Shown here piece by piece: positions 7,766 to 16,768 of a DNA stretch of 41,998 bases. Positions within the stretch are counted from its first letter, which is position 1. Every line of letters begins with the position of its first letter. A program made the position numbers and the translations under genes. The notes beneath the pieces were generated by a model. The model had not been told where the DNA came from and searched no databases. It saw nothing but the letters and a program-made list of their open reading frames with translations. Where the stretch lies: contig HF972654.1 of assembly GCA_000432995.1 (NCBI GenBank), positions 28,839 to 70,836 of the forward strand, in the 5' to 3' direction. This DNA is from Clostridium sp. CAG:1013 (GTDB lineage Bacteria > Bacillota > Clostridia > Oscillospirales > Acutalibacteraceae).

Positions 7766-9415
7766 ATGAAATGGAAAAAGGGTTTCGCGTTGCTGCTTGT
7801 GGGAGCGCTCCTGATGGGAGTGTTTTCCGGCTGCGGTCAAAGTCAAGAGGGTAGTCCGGGGGAAAGTCTCGTATCCGTTGGGGAAGAGAGCTCCACAGTA
7901 TCCCAGGAGGAAAAGACCTCCGTGGTCATCGCCATGGGCCCCACCTCTGAACCAGAAGCCGGTTTTGACCCTGCCTACGGTTGGGGCGCAGGGGAACACG
8001 TCCACGAGCCGCTGATCCAGAGCACGCTGACTGTCACCAACACGGACCTGACCATCGGTTATGACTTAGCAACTGAGTATTCCGTCAGTGAGGACGGTCT
8101 CACTTGGACAGTGACCATCCGGGATGACGCTTTCTTTACCGATGGTGAACCTCTCACAGCGTCGGATGTGGCCTTCACTTATAACACAGTGAAAGCATCC
8201 AGCTCGGTCAACGATTTCACCATGCTAGATTACGCTGAGGCCACCAATGACACAACGGTGATATTCCATATGACCAGGGCTTTTTCCATTTGGCCTTATA
8301 CCATGGCCATTGTGGGGATTGTCCCGGAGCATGCCTACGACAGCGCCACGTATGGTTCCAACCCCATCGGCTCGGGACGTTACATTTTGAAGCAGTGGGA
8401 CCGAGGCCAGCAGGTGATCCTGGAGGCCAACCCCGACTACTACGGGGAAGCGCCAAAAATGGAGCGGGTAACCATTCTTTTCATGGAGGAGGATGCCGCT
8501 TTCCTAGCCGCTCAAGCCGGCCAAGTGGATGTGGCTTACACTTCCGCCACTTATTCCAATGAGTCGGTAGCCGGCTATACCCTGGAAGCCTATGACAGCG
8601 TGGATAACCGAGGGATCAACCTTCCCACGGTGGCAGCTGGGGAGACCAACGAAAACGGTGTGGCGATCGGCAACGATTTCACCAGCGACGTGCTGGTGCG
8701 CCGGGCCATCAACATGGGCGTGGACCGTCAGGAAATGATCGACAATGTGCTCAACGGCTACGGTTCCCCGGCGTACAGCGTTTGTGACCAGATGCCCTGG
8801 TACAATCCGGCTTCTGAGGTGGAGTACGATCCGGAAGGGGCTGCGGCTCTGCTGGATGAGGCTGGCTGGCTCATGGGAGAGGACGGTGTCCGTGAAAAGA
8901 ATGGTGTGAAAGCGGAACTGACTCTCCTCTATTCCAACGGGGATTCTGTCCGTCAGGCACTCACCGCTGACCTGGTGAACCAGCTGGGAGAGCTGGGCAT
9001 TTCCTGCACCATGGAGGGAGTTGGATGGGATACCGCCTATGACCGTGCCCTTTCCACGCCACTTATGTGGGGCTGGGGAGCCCACACGCCCATGGAGCTG
9101 TACAACATTTACCACACTATGGAGGATACAGGACTGGCCCAGTACTCTCCCTACGCCAACGAGACAGTGGATCAGCTCATGGACGAAGCCCTGGCCTGCG
9201 GCGATTTGGAGGAGTCTTACCAGCTCTGGCAGCAGGCTCAGTGGAATGGTTCCACTGGCGTTACCCAGGAGGGGGACATTCCCTGGGTGTGGCTGGTGAA
9301 CATCGACCATCTGTACTGGGTCAGGGAAGGTCTTCAGGTGGCCCAGCAGAAGATCCATCCCCACGGTCACGGCTGGTCCTTGGTCAATAATGTGGACCAG
9401 TGGTCCTGGTCTTGA
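7766..9415 (+). CDS. ABC transporter substrate-binding lipoprotein (NikA/DppA/OppA family 5)
   Basis: Lipobox FSGC; family-5 motif LATEYSVSEDGLTWTVTIRDDAFFTDGEPLTASDV; His-rich GEHVHEP and HPHGHGW. Confidence 0.93.
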   Translation: MKWKKGFALLLVGALLMGVFSGCGQSQEGSPGESLVSVGEESSTVSQEEKTSVVIAMGPTSEPEAGFDPAYGWGAGEHVHEPLIQSTLTVTNTDLTIGYDLATEYSVSEDGLTWTVTIRDDAFFTDGEPLTASDVAFTYNTVKASSSVNDFTMLDYAEATNDTTVIFHMTRAFSIWPYTMAIVGIVPEHAYDSATYGSNPIGSGRYILKQWDRGQQVILEANPDYYGEAPKMERVTILFMEEDAAFLAAQAGQVDVAYTSATYSNESVAGYTLEAYDSVDNRGINLPTVAAGETNENGVAIGNDFTSDVLVRRAINMGVDRQEMIDNVLNGYGSPAYSVCDQMPWYNPASEVEYDPEGAAALLDEAGWLMGEDGVREKNGVKAELTLLYSNGDSVRQALTADLVNQLGELGISCTMEGVGWDTAYDRALSTPLMWGWGAHTPMELYNIYHTMEDTGLAQYSPYANETVDQLMDEALACGDLEESYQLWQQAQWNGSTGVTQEGDIPWVWLVNIDHLYWVREGLQVAQQKIHPHGHGWSLVNNVDQWSWS

Positions 9416-9431
9416 AGGAAAGGGTGACACC

Positions 9432-10424
9432 ATGACACGATCCCTGCTATTCGCGGGAAAAAAATTATTGCGTGCGTTGCTGCTCCTAGTGGGTGTGAGC
9501 TTGGCCGCATTTTTGCTGCTGTGTGCCTCTCCGCTAGATCCCCTGCAAACTAACGTGGGTCAGGTAGCGCTGGGTTCCATGAGCCAGGAACAAGTGGCCC
9601 AGCTGGAGGCCTACTGGGGGGTGGATCAGCCTCCTGTAGAGCGGTACCTGGGTTGGCTTGGCGGCGTGGTCCACGGAGATTTTGGAACTTCTCTGCTTTA
9701 CCGTCAGCCGGTGCTCACGGTAATCGGCCAGCGGCTGGCAAGCTCTCTGTGGCTTCTCCTCGCGGCCTGGGTGATCTCCGGCGTTCTTGGTCTGGTCCTT
9801 GGGGTGACTGCAGGAACTTTTCGGGGACGCTGGCCGGATAAACTGATCCGTGGCTACTGTCTGGTGATCTCCAGTACGCCGGCATTTTGGCTGGCTTTGC
9901 TGTTTCTGCTGATCTTTTCCGTGTGGCTGGGATGGCTGCCCATCGGCCTGTCCGTACCTATCGGAGTGGAGGAAGAAGCTGTGACTTTGGCCGACCGGCT
10001 TCAGCATGCTGTGCTTCCGGCTCTTACCCTGAGCGTCACCGGTGTCTCCAATATAGCCCTTCACACTCGAGAGAAACTGGTGGACGTACTTGGCAGTGAC
10101 TATATCCTGATGGCTCGGGCAAGAGGGGAAAGCAGTCGTTCCATCATCCTGCGCCATGGTCTGCGGAATGTAGCTCTGCCTGCCTTGACTCTCCAATTTG
10201 GATCTATCAGCGAGATCATCGGCGGTTCTGTGCTGGTGGAGCAGGTATTCTCCTATCCCGGACTGGGACAGGCTGCGGTGACTGCGGGACTGGGAAGCGA
10301 TCTTCCTCTGCTGCTGGGTATCACTGTGATCACCTCCGCCTTGGTGTTTGGAGGCAATCTTCTGGCGGATCTGTTGTACGGAGTGATCGATCCCAGAATG
10401 AAGAAGGGGGAGAGAAGGTCATGA
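9432..10424 (+). CDS. ABC transporter permease (NikB/DppB-like)
   Basis: DYILMARARGES and LVEQVFSYPGLG motifs; start at ATG 9432. Confidence 0.92.
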   Translation: MTRSLLFAGKKLLRALLLLVGVSLAAFLLLCASPLDPLQTNVGQVALGSMSQEQVAQLEAYWGVDQPPVERYLGWLGGVVHGDFGTSLLYRQPVLTVIGQRLASSLWLLLAAWVISGVLGLVLGVTAGTFRGRWPDKLIRGYCLVISSTPAFWLALLFLLIFSVWLGWLPIGLSVPIGVEEEAVTLADRLQHAVLPALTLSVTGVSNIALHTREKLVDVLGSDYILMARARGESSRSIILRHGLRNVALPALTLQFGSISEIIGGSVLVEQVFSYPGLGQAAVTAGLGSDLPLLLGITVITSALVFGGNLLADLLYGVIDPRMKKGERRS

Positions 10425-11245
10425 AGCATGTGAACCGAAGGCTGGCTACTCTGCTTTTTCTGGGGGTTGCCGTAGCTATTTTGACTGGGGTCACTGTCTC
10501 CGGGATCCTTCTCAATGAAACCGCTATGACCACGGATTTTTCCCGTAAAGATCTGGCACCAAGTCTTTCTTTTCTCTTCGGTACTGACTGGATGGGTCGG
10601 GACATGTTTGCCCGCACCCTGGCTGGTCTTTCCCTGAGTATTCGTGTGGGACTTCTGACTGCGGGGATCAGCGCTGGTGTGGCTTTGGTGCTGGGAGTAC
10701 TTTCCGCTGTTTTTGGCGGATGGGTGGACGCTGTCATCTCTTGGTGGATCGACCTGGTCATGGGGATCCCCCACATTCTGCTGGTGATCCTTTTGTCTAT
10801 CGCCTGCGGCAGAGGATTTACCGGTGTGGTGGTAGGCGTGGCTCTCAGTCATTGGACCTCCTTAGCCCGGGTGATTCGGGGAGAGGTGCTCCAACTGAAA
10901 AACGCTCCCTATCTTCTGGTGGCGGAAAAGCTGGGAGTTTCTCGGTGGAAGCGTGTTCGACTCCACTTGTTGCCCCACCTGCTTCCCCAATTTCTTACCG
11001 GACTGATCCTGCTGTTTCCCCACGCCATCCTCCACGAGGCCAGCGTCACCTTTTTGGGGTTTGGGCTTTCCTCGGAGCAGCCTGCCATCGGGGTCATCCT
11101 GTCAGAGAGCATGCGCTATCTCACCACAGGAAAATGGTGGCTGGCATTGTTCCCTGGAGTATCCTTGGTACTGGTGGTCGTGCTGTTCGCCCTGCTTGGA
11201 GAAAGAGTCAGGCTGTTGTTAGATCCCGGAAGTGTCCATGAATAA
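10421..11245 (+). CDS. ABC transporter permease (NikC/DppC-like)
   Basis: FGTDWMGRDMFAR and HEASVTFLGFG motifs; ATGA overlap. Confidence 0.92.
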   Translation: MKHVNRRLATLLFLGVAVAILTGVTVSGILLNETAMTTDFSRKDLAPSLSFLFGTDWMGRDMFARTLAGLSLSIRVGLLTAGISAGVALVLGVLSAVFGGWVDAVISWWIDLVMGIPHILLVILLSIACGRGFTGVVVGVALSHWTSLARVIRGEVLQLKNAPYLLVAEKLGVSRWKRVRLHLLPHLLPQFLTGLILLFPHAILHEASVTFLGFGLSSEQPAIGVILSESMRYLTTGKWWLALFPGVSLVLVVVLFALLGERVRLLLDPGSVHE

Positions 11246-11255
11246 GGAGGTTTCC

Positions 11256-12191
11256 ATGGAACCGATTCTTCAAATCGATCATCTTTCCATTTCTTTTACC
11301 CAATACGGAAAAGGATTCCATCAAAGGGAACTTCCTGTCATCAGAGATCTGTCGTTGTCTTTGAATCCAGGCGAGGTGACCGCCATACTGGGTGCTAGTG
11401 GTTCGGGGAAAAGCCTGCTGGCCCATGCTATTTTAGGACTGCTTCCCTATAACAGCCACCAGGAAGGCACCATTCTCTATGAAGGTCAACCCTTAACTCT
11501 TCCTCGCATTCAAAAACTCCGTGGCAAGGAAATTGTACTGGTGCCCCAGGGAGTCACCTATTTGGATCCGCTGATGAAGGTGGGACACCAGCTCCAAAAA
11601 GGCCGCCGGGATAAGACTGCAAAGGAAAAGACTAAAAATGCTTTATCTAGGTATGGCTTAAGAGAAGATACAGCAGACCTGTACCCCTTTCAACTGTCGG
11701 GAGGCATGGCAAGGCGAGTGCTGATGGCTTCCGCTGTGATGGATACACCCCGGCTTATTATTGCGGACGAGCCTACGCCCGGTCTGGACGCACGATCCGC
11801 CGCCAGGATCTTAGGTCATTTCCGGGAGCTTGCAGCTGACGGAGCGGCTGTGCTGTTCATCACTCATGATTTGGAATTGGCCCTTGCTGTTGCCAACCGA
11901 GTGGCGGTATTTTACGCCGGCGAGACGGTGGAAGTAGCCCAGGTATCTGATTTTCAGGAGAACAGGCTGCGTCATCCCTTTACCAAAGCCCTGTGGGACG
12001 CTCTTCCTCAACGGGGGCTCCATTCCCTTCCAGGTGCCCAGCCTTACCCTGGAGAGGTGGAGGAGGGTTGTCCCTTCTTTGGGCAGTGTCCCCATCCTCG
12101 AGATGAGTGCGCCCAAGGGAAGATCCCCCTGCGTTCTCTGAGTAATGGAATGGTTCGCTGCCTGTATCCTAGTGGGGAGGTGGAAGCATGA
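11256..12191 (+). CDS. ABC transporter ATP-binding protein (NikD/DppD-like)
   Basis: GASGSGKS, LSGGM and ADEPT; C-terminal GCPF..C Cys motif; AAGGAGG RBS before ATG 11256. Confidence 0.92.
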   Translation: MEPILQIDHLSISFTQYGKGFHQRELPVIRDLSLSLNPGEVTAILGASGSGKSLLAHAILGLLPYNSHQEGTILYEGQPLTLPRIQKLRGKEIVLVPQGVTYLDPLMKVGHQLQKGRRDKTAKEKTKNALSRYGLREDTADLYPFQLSGGMARRVLMASAVMDTPRLIIADEPTPGLDARSAARILGHFRELAADGAAVLFITHDLELALAVANRVAVFYAGETVEVAQVSDFQENRLRHPFTKALWDALPQRGLHSLPGAQPYPGEVEEGCPFFGQCPHPRDECAQGKIPLRSLSNGMVRCLYPSGEVEA

Positions 12192-12796
12192 TTCTGGAAG
12201 GAAAAAACCTCACTTTTAGTTACGGAGGGAAAAAAGCCGCACCGGTGCTGGATCAGGTGGATATTTCCATTGGATCTGGCGAGCGTGTGGGTCTGAAAGG
12301 GCACAGTGGCAGAGGCAAGACCACCTTGTGTCGTCTGTTGGCGGGGTATGAAAAACCACGAAATGGGGAAGTCCTGTTGGACGGAAAGCCACTGTCCTCT
12401 TTTTCTGGTCCTTGTCCTGTGCAAATGGTGTGGCAGCATCCGGAAATGGTGGTGGATCCGTTGCTGCCGTTAGGAGTGTCTCTAGGAGAAGCTACTCCGC
12501 CAGATCCAAACTTAATTTCCGCCCTTCACATCCGGGAGGGATGGCTCACCCGGTATCCATCGGAGCTTTCCGGAGGAGAGCTTCAAAGATTTTGTCTAGC
12601 AAGGGCGCTGCACCCGTCGGTAAAGTTCCTGTTGTGCGATGAAATCACTGCCATGCTGGACTTAGTCACTCAAGCGCAGATCTGGGAATTCCTGCTGCAC
12701 GAGGCAAAACGGAGAGACTTAGGCCTTTTAGTGGTGTCCCACAATGATGCCCTGTTAGAGCGGGTCTGTACCAGGATCGTCACATTAGAAAACTGA
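12188..12796 (+). CDS. ABC transporter ATP-binding protein (short NikE-like)
   Basis: GHSGRGKT, LSGGE, CDEIT and VSH motifs. Confidence 0.9.
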   Translation: MILEGKNLTFSYGGKKAAPVLDQVDISIGSGERVGLKGHSGRGKTTLCRLLAGYEKPRNGEVLLDGKPLSSFSGPCPVQMVWQHPEMVVDPLLPLGVSLGEATPPDPNLISALHIREGWLTRYPSELSGGELQRFCLARALHPSVKFLLCDEITAMLDLVTQAQIWEFLLHEAKRRDLGLLVVSHNDALLERVCTRIVTLEN

Positions 12797-12869
12797 AAGT
12801 GGGGTTTGTGTACTCAAAAAAGAGGCTGCTTTTTTGTGTAGTGGGACATATCGAAGAATAAATCGTCTT

Positions 12870-12903
12870 AAAAGAGCAGCTGGTGGGGAACTAGCTGCTT
12901 TTT
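12870..12903 (+). terminator. Intrinsic terminator after the ABC operon
   Basis: AGCAGCTGGT-GGGGA-ACTAGCTGCTTTTT. Confidence 0.7.
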
Positions 12904-13182
12904 GGTTGTTGTGAAAAGCCAGTAGTGGAGGCAGAGTCGCAAAAGGATCTCTAACGTTTTTCACCTATGAAATACGACCGGATTTTGAAAGATCCATCCT
13001 GAAAGAAACGGATTGTTCTTTGGGCGTACAAGTCTTGAAAAACCATGTGGGCTATGCTAGAATATTTGTACTTCCCTGTTTTTCTTAGGGGATTGCTTGC
13101 GGGATGATCCTGCGGAGGGTATTGGGCTGCGGCGGGGGATAGCCGCGCTTTTTTACATTATAACTTTTTAAGGAGCGACACT

Positions 13183-13956
13183 ATGGCAAGAGAGCGATAC
13201 CTGGTAAACGCAGGAGAGGACACCATTCATCAAAACGAGATCAAACTGGTCACCGGTAAAGACAAGCGGAAGAACTGGTGGTATTATCATAAAGTGCATT
13301 TACTGGTTGCGGTGCTGGTGATTGCATTGGTAAGCAGCTTTGTTTATTCGATAGCAACTAATGTGGATCCGGATTATACGATTGCATTGCTGACATCCTA
13401 TTCCATGCCTGAGACTGGTATGGATCAGCTGGAGGCGCATATCACGAAATATGCGGATGACCGCAACGGGGACGGACAAGTGAACGTTCGGGTGGTAAAC
13501 TACGTCTACTCAAACGATGATGATGTAGACTATTCTCAGAAGGAAGCTGCCATCGTGCGTTTTATGGCGGATGCCAGCAGCAATGAGGTCATGATTTACC
13601 TCCACGATGAAAAAGCGTTTAGTGCTCTGGAAAGCACATTTGAAGGATTTTTCCAGTACACAGACGGCACTTCTATGCCGGAAGACGCAACCGATTTTGA
13701 AAATGCTATGACCCCTTGGGAGGACATTGCGGCTTTTGCAAACTTTGAGCCTGTGTCGGAAGAAGGGGAGCTGTACACAGCGGATATTCTCTCGGAACTT
13801 TACGGCCGACTTCGTGTTTCCTGCCGGGCGGCTGAGGGCAGTTCCATTGAGAAGAAAGAGGAGGATATGGAATATTATGAGTCCTCCATGGCGCTGTTTG
13901 AGCGTCTTAAGAACGACGAACCCTTGCAAGAGGAGACTGTTTCAGAAGAGGGATAA
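13183..13956 (+). CDS. Hypothetical membrane-anchored protein
   Basis: KNWWYYHK followed by one TM helix and an acidic extracellular domain (DRNGDG motif); AAGGAG RBS; upstream TTGAAA-17-TAGAAT promoter. Confidence 0.8.
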   Translation: MARERYLVNAGEDTIHQNEIKLVTGKDKRKNWWYYHKVHLLVAVLVIALVSSFVYSIATNVDPDYTIALLTSYSMPETGMDQLEAHITKYADDRNGDGQVNVRVVNYVYSNDDDVDYSQKEAAIVRFMADASSNEVMIYLHDEKAFSALESTFEGFFQYTDGTSMPEDATDFENAMTPWEDIAAFANFEPVSEEGELYTADILSELYGRLRVSCRAAEGSSIEKKEEDMEYYESSMALFERLKNDEPLQEETVSEEG

Positions 13957-13959
13957 ATC

Positions 13960-15540
13960 ATGGGCCCAGTAACCATCTTCGATTCCACCCTGCGGGACGG
14001 CGCACAGGGAACAGGTGTTGCGTTTTCTCTGGAGGATAAACTCCAGGCGGTGCGTCTGCTGGATCAAATTGGTATCCAATACGTAGAGGCAGGCAATCCC
14101 GGTTCCAATCCCAAAGACGCGGAGTTTTTCCAGCGGGCAGAGAAACTGTCCTTAAAAAACACCCAGCTGGTATCTTTTGGCAGCACTCGCCGAAAGGATC
14201 TCCGGCCGGAAGAGGACAGCAATCTGGCAGCTATATTAGCCGCAGGAACGCTGTGGTGCAGCGTTTTTGGAAAGTGTTGGAAATTCCATGTGGAGCGGGT
14301 GTTGGAGACCTCCTACGAGGAGAATTTCCGCATGATCGAGGAAAGCTGCCGTTTTCTCAAAGAGCACGGCAGGAAGGTGGTTTTTGACGCGGAGCATTTC
14401 TTTGACGGCTGGAAGGACGACAAAGCCTTCGCGTGGGAAGCTCTGCGAGCGGCTGTGCGGGGCGGAGCAGATGTGGTCTGCCTGTGTGATACCAACGGCG
14501 GCGCGTTTCCCAAAGAAGTAGAGCGGATTGTCAAAGAAGTGGTGGGAAAACTGGGTGTCCCCGTGGCTGTGCATTTTCACGAGGATTGCGGTATGGCCAC
14601 CGCTAACAGCGTGACCGCCGTGCTGGCAGGAGCTTCCCAGGTGCAGGGCACTCTGCTGGGATTTGGCGAACGATGCGGCAATGCCAATTTGGCATCTATC
14701 ATCCCTGATCTACAAGTGAAGCTGGGGATCCCCTGTATCCCGCAGGAGGAGCTTCTGCATCTGACCCAGCGGGCACGGGAGCTGGCGTCCATCGCCAATA
14801 TGGATTTGCCCGCGTGGATGCCCTATGTGGGGGAGAACGCCTTCGCCCACAAAGCTGGAATGCATGCCGCAGCTGTGTTGAAGTCGCCCCGCTCTTTCGA
14901 GCATGTGGATCCCTATCTGGTGGGGAATGCTCGGCGCTTTCCTGCGTCGGAGATGTCCGGAAGAGCCGTGGTGCTGGAAAAGGTGAAAAACATTTTTCCC
15001 TCCGCGCGGCTGGATTCCCAGGAGACAAAAGCGCTGCTTCACGAGCTGAAAGAATTGGAGTCTCGGGGATATCAATTTGAAGGGGCGGATGCCTCCTTCC
15101 AGCTATTGGTGCGCAAGCGTTTGAAGCCCTTCCCGCCCTTTTTTGAGATGCTGTATTATCACATCTATACCGATTACAGCGATGGCGCCGACCGAGGGGC
15201 CAGTGCCACGGTGAAAGTCCGGGTAGGGGGAGAGATCCAGCTGATGGCGGCGGAAGGAAACGGCCCTGTGAACGCTCTGGACCAGGCCCTTCGCAAAGCC
15301 TTGGAAATCTTTTATCCTGTGCTGTCTCAGGTCAAACTGACCGACTATAAAGTTCGTGTGCTGGACAGTAAAAGCGCTACCGCAGCGGGAGTACGTGTAT
15401 TGATCACCTCCACTGACGGGACAGATACTTTCACCACCGTAGGAGTTTCCGGAGACGTGGTGGCGGCCAGCTGGAAAGCCTTGGAAGATTCCATGGAGTA
15501 TTTGCTGCTGAAGGACGCTTACCGGAAGGAAAAAGAGTAA
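13960..15540 (+). CDS. cimA: Citramalate synthase (LeuA/CimA family)
   Basis: DSTLRDGAQ, FDAEHFFDG, LCDTNGG, GERCGNA and HKAGMH; C-terminal regulatory domain (GNGPVNALD, DYKVRV). Confidence 0.9.
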   Translation: MGPVTIFDSTLRDGAQGTGVAFSLEDKLQAVRLLDQIGIQYVEAGNPGSNPKDAEFFQRAEKLSLKNTQLVSFGSTRRKDLRPEEDSNLAAILAAGTLWCSVFGKCWKFHVERVLETSYEENFRMIEESCRFLKEHGRKVVFDAEHFFDGWKDDKAFAWEALRAAVRGGADVVCLCDTNGGAFPKEVERIVKEVVGKLGVPVAVHFHEDCGMATANSVTAVLAGASQVQGTLLGFGERCGNANLASIIPDLQVKLGIPCIPQEELLHLTQRARELASIANMDLPAWMPYVGENAFAHKAGMHAAAVLKSPRSFEHVDPYLVGNARRFPASEMSGRAVVLEKVKNIFPSARLDSQETKALLHELKELESRGYQFEGADASFQLLVRKRLKPFPPFFEMLYYHIYTDYSDGADRGASATVKVRVGGEIQLMAAEGNGPVNALDQALRKALEIFYPVLSQVKLTDYKVRVLDSKSATAAGVRVLITSTDGTDTFTTVGVSGDVVAASWKALEDSMEYLLLKDAYRKEKE

Positions 15541-15561
15541 AAAGACTGTGGGACATGAATG

Positions 15562-15590
15562 AAAAAGGACGCTGAGAAGCGTCCTTTTTT
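15562..15590 (+). terminator. Intrinsic terminator
   Basis: AAAAAGGACGCT-GAGA-AGCGTCCTTTTTT. Confidence 0.88.
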
Positions 15591-15624
15591 GATGTTGAAA
15601 TCGCCATTATTTCATGTGGGGGGA

Positions 15625-15653
15625 TTGAAATTTGTTCGGTAATTCTCTATAAT
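15625..15653 (+). promoter_or_regulatory. sigma-A promoter
   Basis: TTGAAA-17 nt-TATAAT. Confidence 0.75.
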
Positions 15654-15724
15654 GAAAGCAAAGAAAAAGTGGAAGGCATTGTGTTGTATTGTGGCCTCCC
15701 GCTGAAATATAAGGAGTGATACCA

Positions 15725-16696
15725 ATGAAATTAGGCGTGCTCACCAACGTGATCGGCGAGACCCCTTTGAAGGAAGCGCTGGCTTACTTTAAGTCTCTGG
15801 GCGCTCAGATGGTGGAGATCGGCTGCGGCGGTTATCCCGGCAAAGATCATTGTGATCCCGGCGTACTGCTCCATGATGAGGAGAAGTTCCAGGAGTTTGT
15901 TAAGACCATCGAGGAATCCGGCCTGGAGATCAGCGCTCTCAGCTGCCATGGCAATCCCATTCATCCCAACAAGGAGATCGCCAAGCAGTTTGACGACGAT
16001 ATGCACAACGCCGTCCTTATGGCGGAAAAGCTGGGCATCCATCAGATCAACTGCTTCTCCGGCTGCCCCGGTGACTGCCCCGAGTCCAAGAACCCCAACT
16101 GGGTTGTCTGCGCTTGGCCCAACGATTATCTGGAAGTTTTGGATTATCAGTGGAACGAAGTGCTCATTCCCTACTGGAAGGACTTTGTGGCCTTTGCTAA
16201 GGCTCACGGCGTGAACAAGATCGCTCTGGAAATGCACCAGGGCTTCTGCGTGTACAACACCTACACTCTGAAGAAGCTCCGTGAGGCTGTCGGTCCCGAG
16301 ATCGGCGCCAACCTGGATCCCAGCCACCTGATTTGGCAGGGTATGGATCCCATCAAGGTTATCCGCGCTCTGGGCGGCGACGCCATCTTCCATGTCCATG
16401 CTAAGGACACCAAGATTGATCCCATCAACGCTCCCATTGACGGTACTCTGGACACTCGTTCCTATTCCGACGAGATCCATCGTTCCTGGATCTTCCGCTC
16501 CATCGGCTACGGCCATGACGAGCTGTTCTGGAAGGATTTCGTGAGCCAGCTGCGGCTGGTGGGCTACGACTACGTGCTGAGCATCGAGCATGAGGACAGC
16601 CTGATGAGCAAGAACGAAGGTCTGGTTAAGGCTTGCGACGTGCTGAAGCGCGCCATCACCTTCGAGGATCGCATGACCGATATGCGTTGGATCTAA
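15725..16696 (+). CDS. Sugar phosphate isomerase/epimerase (xylose-isomerase-like TIM barrel)
   Basis: ALEMH, NLDPSH, HVHAKD and SIEHED metal motifs; strongly C-ending codons; AAGGAG RBS before ATG 15725. Confidence 0.88.
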   Translation: MKLGVLTNVIGETPLKEALAYFKSLGAQMVEIGCGGYPGKDHCDPGVLLHDEEKFQEFVKTIEESGLEISALSCHGNPIHPNKEIAKQFDDDMHNAVLMAEKLGIHQINCFSGCPGDCPESKNPNWVVCAWPNDYLEVLDYQWNEVLIPYWKDFVAFAKAHGVNKIALEMHQGFCVYNTYTLKKLREAVGPEIGANLDPSHLIWQGMDPIKVIRALGGDAIFHVHAKDTKIDPINAPIDGTLDTRSYSDEIHRSWIFRSIGYGHDELFWKDFVSQLRLVGYDYVLSIEHEDSLMSKNEGLVKACDVLKRAITFEDRMTDMRWI

Positions 16697-16724
16697 TCGG
16701 TTAGTTTCATTTACGATATGAAGC

Positions 16725-16763
16725 AAGGAAGCCCTTCCCGTTGTGGGAAAGGCTTCCTTTTTT
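16725..16763. terminator. Terminator between convergent genes
   Basis: AAGGAAGCCCTTCCC...GGGAAAGGCTTCCTTTTTT. Confidence 0.8.
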
Positions 16764-16768
16764 CTGTG

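Noticed and set aside
15731..16726. Long antisense ORFs (also 2044-2889, 4488-5291, 8504-9433, 33808-34530, 35609-37252, 37799-39163, 39934-40818)
   Set aside because: They mirror well-supported genes on the opposite strand, lack RBS and motifs, and are the expected by-product of GC3-rich codon bias
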